From the NCBI GenBank assembly GCA_945949405.1, contig CAMFEP010000002.1, positions 1-49,794 of the forward strand: DNA of 49,794 nt, in the 5' to 3' direction. The first letter of the stretch is position 1. Each line of letters starts with the position of its first letter. The translations under genes were made by a program, and so were the position numbers. Source of the stretch: Kiritimatiellales bacterium (GTDB taxonomy: Bacteria > Verrucomicrobiota > Kiritimatiellia > UBA8416 > JAIOPI01). Positions 48,695 through 49,794 of this stretch are shown here, in pieces. Under the pieces are notes generated by a model. That model was given only the letters and a program-made list of their open reading frames with translations, made no database searches and was not told where the DNA came from.

Positions 48695-49467
48695 AGCCTT
48701 TCCAACGGCGGCGTCTGTGTGCGCGGGTTTTCGATCAGCAACTTCCAGTCGTCGGTCGGCGCGATGCGGAATTTCACGTCCTCGCGGTGATACTGCAGCC
48801 CATACGCCAGGCGCGGTTCGTCGCTGTGATTCGGCCCACTGCCATGCACCGTCAGCCGCGTGAAGGCCACCGCATCGCCCGCGCGCATGCGGATGGGGAT
48901 GAAATAGTCCGGATCGGCGGCAACTTTGCGGTGTGTGTCGCCGTCTCCCGAGACCGTGGACACCAGCGTGCCGCCCAGGTGTGAACGCGGCACGACTTGC
49001 AGGCAGCCATTTTCTGGCATCATGTCCACCAGTGCCACCCAGATATTGATCGATCCCAGCGCCGGCTCGTGCGTCGTGTAATTGTTGTCCTGATGGAAAT
49101 GAAACTGCCCGCCGCCCCCGCCGGTCTTGACCGCCGTGAAGGGCAGGTAGCGGATCGCGCGCCCGCCGATCAACCGCGCCGCCACCACCAGCGTGTTGGA
49201 CCCGTTGATCAACGCATCCAGCCGCGACCCCTTGAGATATTGCGGAAACTGGCGCAGCTTGTCCTTGGTGTCTTCCGTCCGCCCCAAGCGCTCGCGTGGC
49301 AGCCCCTGCGCCGCCAACACCTGCAACACCTCTTCACACAGCCCCGCCACATGCTCTGCCGCCACAAAGCCCGGCAGCGGCAGGTACCCCTCTTCGCGAT
49401 AAAACCGCACTTCGTGATCCATCAACGCCAGAGGCTTCACCACAGACTCGTACAACGACATCGCCAT
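48682..49467 (-). CDS. Phytanoyl-CoA dioxygenase (PhyH) family Fe(II)/2-oxoglutarate oxygenase
   Basis: FHFHQDNNY (HxD), FTRLTVHGSGPN (distal His) and the N-terminal FYREEGYLPLPGF are typical of the PhyH family. ATG 49467 has GAGGAG 7 nt upstream; the ORF extends to a GTG at 49518. Confidence 0.8.
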   Translation of the reverse strand: MAMSLYESVVKPLALMDHEVRFYREEGYLPLPGFVAAEHVAGLCEEVLQVLAAQGLPRERLGRTEDTKDKLRQFPQYLKGSRLDALINGSNTLVVAARLIGGRAIRYLPFTAVKTGGGGGQFHFHQDNNYTTHEPALGSINIWVALVDMMPENGCLQVVPRSHLGGTLVSTVSGDGDTHRKVAADPDYFIPIRMRAGDAVAFTRLTVHGSGPNHSDEPRLAYGLQYHREDVKFRIAPTDDWKLLIENPRTQTPPLERLGKG

Positions 49468-49481
49468 CCCCAATCTCCTCA

Positions 49482-49511
49482 AGGTGGCCCGGGCGCTCCG
49501 CGCGCGGGCAT
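49482..49511. repeat. Dispersed repeat family B (copy 2)
   Basis: AGGTGGCCCGGGCGCTCCGCGCGCGGGCAT matches 3591..3620 at 29 of 30 positions. Confidence 0.75.
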
Positions 49512-49711
49512 TCGTCACAACCGATTACGATCGCGCACATCCTATCCACCCCCACCCACAGGGCAACCCCCGATTGAAAGCGGGCAATCAAAGGTGATCC
49601 GGAGGCCCATGATGACGATGACATCAGCCTCCCGGTGCGTGGCTTGACAGGATTGCGGCGCCTGTGCGATCTTGCCCCATACCGGATACGATCCCGGTAC
49701 CTCCACATCGG

Positions 49712-49788
49712 GGGCGATTAGCTCAGCTGGTTAGAGCACTTGGATCACACCCAAGGGGTCGTAGGTTCGAATCCTACATCGCCCACCA
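49712..49788 (+). tRNA. tRNA-Val (anticodon CAC)
   Basis: Hand-folded cloverleaf. Acceptor GGGCGAT/ATCGCCC. D arm GCTC..GAGC. Anticodon stem CTTGG/CCAAG with loop ATCACAC. T arm GTAGG-TTCGAAT-CCTAC. Discriminator A with encoded CCA. Confidence 0.9.
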
Positions 49789-49794
49789 TTTTTA

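Noticed and set aside
49644-49673. Promoter for tRNA-Val (TTGACA at 49644..49649)
   Set aside because: The -35 is perfect, but the best -10 at 17-18 nt spacing is CGATCT/GATCTT, which is too weak to call.

Overview
GC-rich bacterial window. The autotransporter-associated beta-strand repeat (PATR) giant protein, the PEP-CTERM/exosortase pair and the dense GC-rich hairpin repeats suggest a PVC-type, probably Verrucomicrobiota, genome; this is inference only. No database search or folding was possible, and repeat coordinates were found by eye.

Layout:
- 1-13.3 kb, housekeeping lipoyl-enzyme genes: gcvH-gcvPA-gcvPB (+) and aceE-aceF-lpdA (-). Between them lie a secreted beta-helix protein, a VOC/glyoxalase gene and a class I amidotransferase gene.
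- 13.6-36.2 kb, cell-surface island: a secreted EF-hand protein; a 1392-aa exosortase fused to a very long TPR-like region; and, convergent to it, a tightly packed minus-strand operon. The operon runs from a roughly 3,800-aa PATR protein (split by one frame change) through four secreted jelly-roll or unknown-domain proteins to a PEP-CTERM protein.
- 36.4-46.5 kb, lipid/polyketide cluster: acyl-ACP thioesterase + fatty acyl-AMP ligase (FAAL); two desaturases + ACP + AT-less KS; type III PKS + FAD monooxygenase + methyltransferase.
- 46.6-49.8 kb: endonuclease/exonuclease/phosphatase (EEP) family membrane protein, hisI-like gene, a four-helix-bundle (Avd/23S-IVS family) gene flanked by inverted repeats, a PhyH-family dioxygenase and tRNA-Val(CAC).

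Almost every intergenic spacer holds a member of one of several short dispersed repeat families.

Most interesting candidates:
- the hybrid phenolic-lipid cluster;
- the exosortase-TPR fusion with its adjacent surface-protein operon;
- a 17-unit octanucleotide array inside the biosynthetic operon.

Many long ORFs in the track are antisense high-GC artefacts and were not called.
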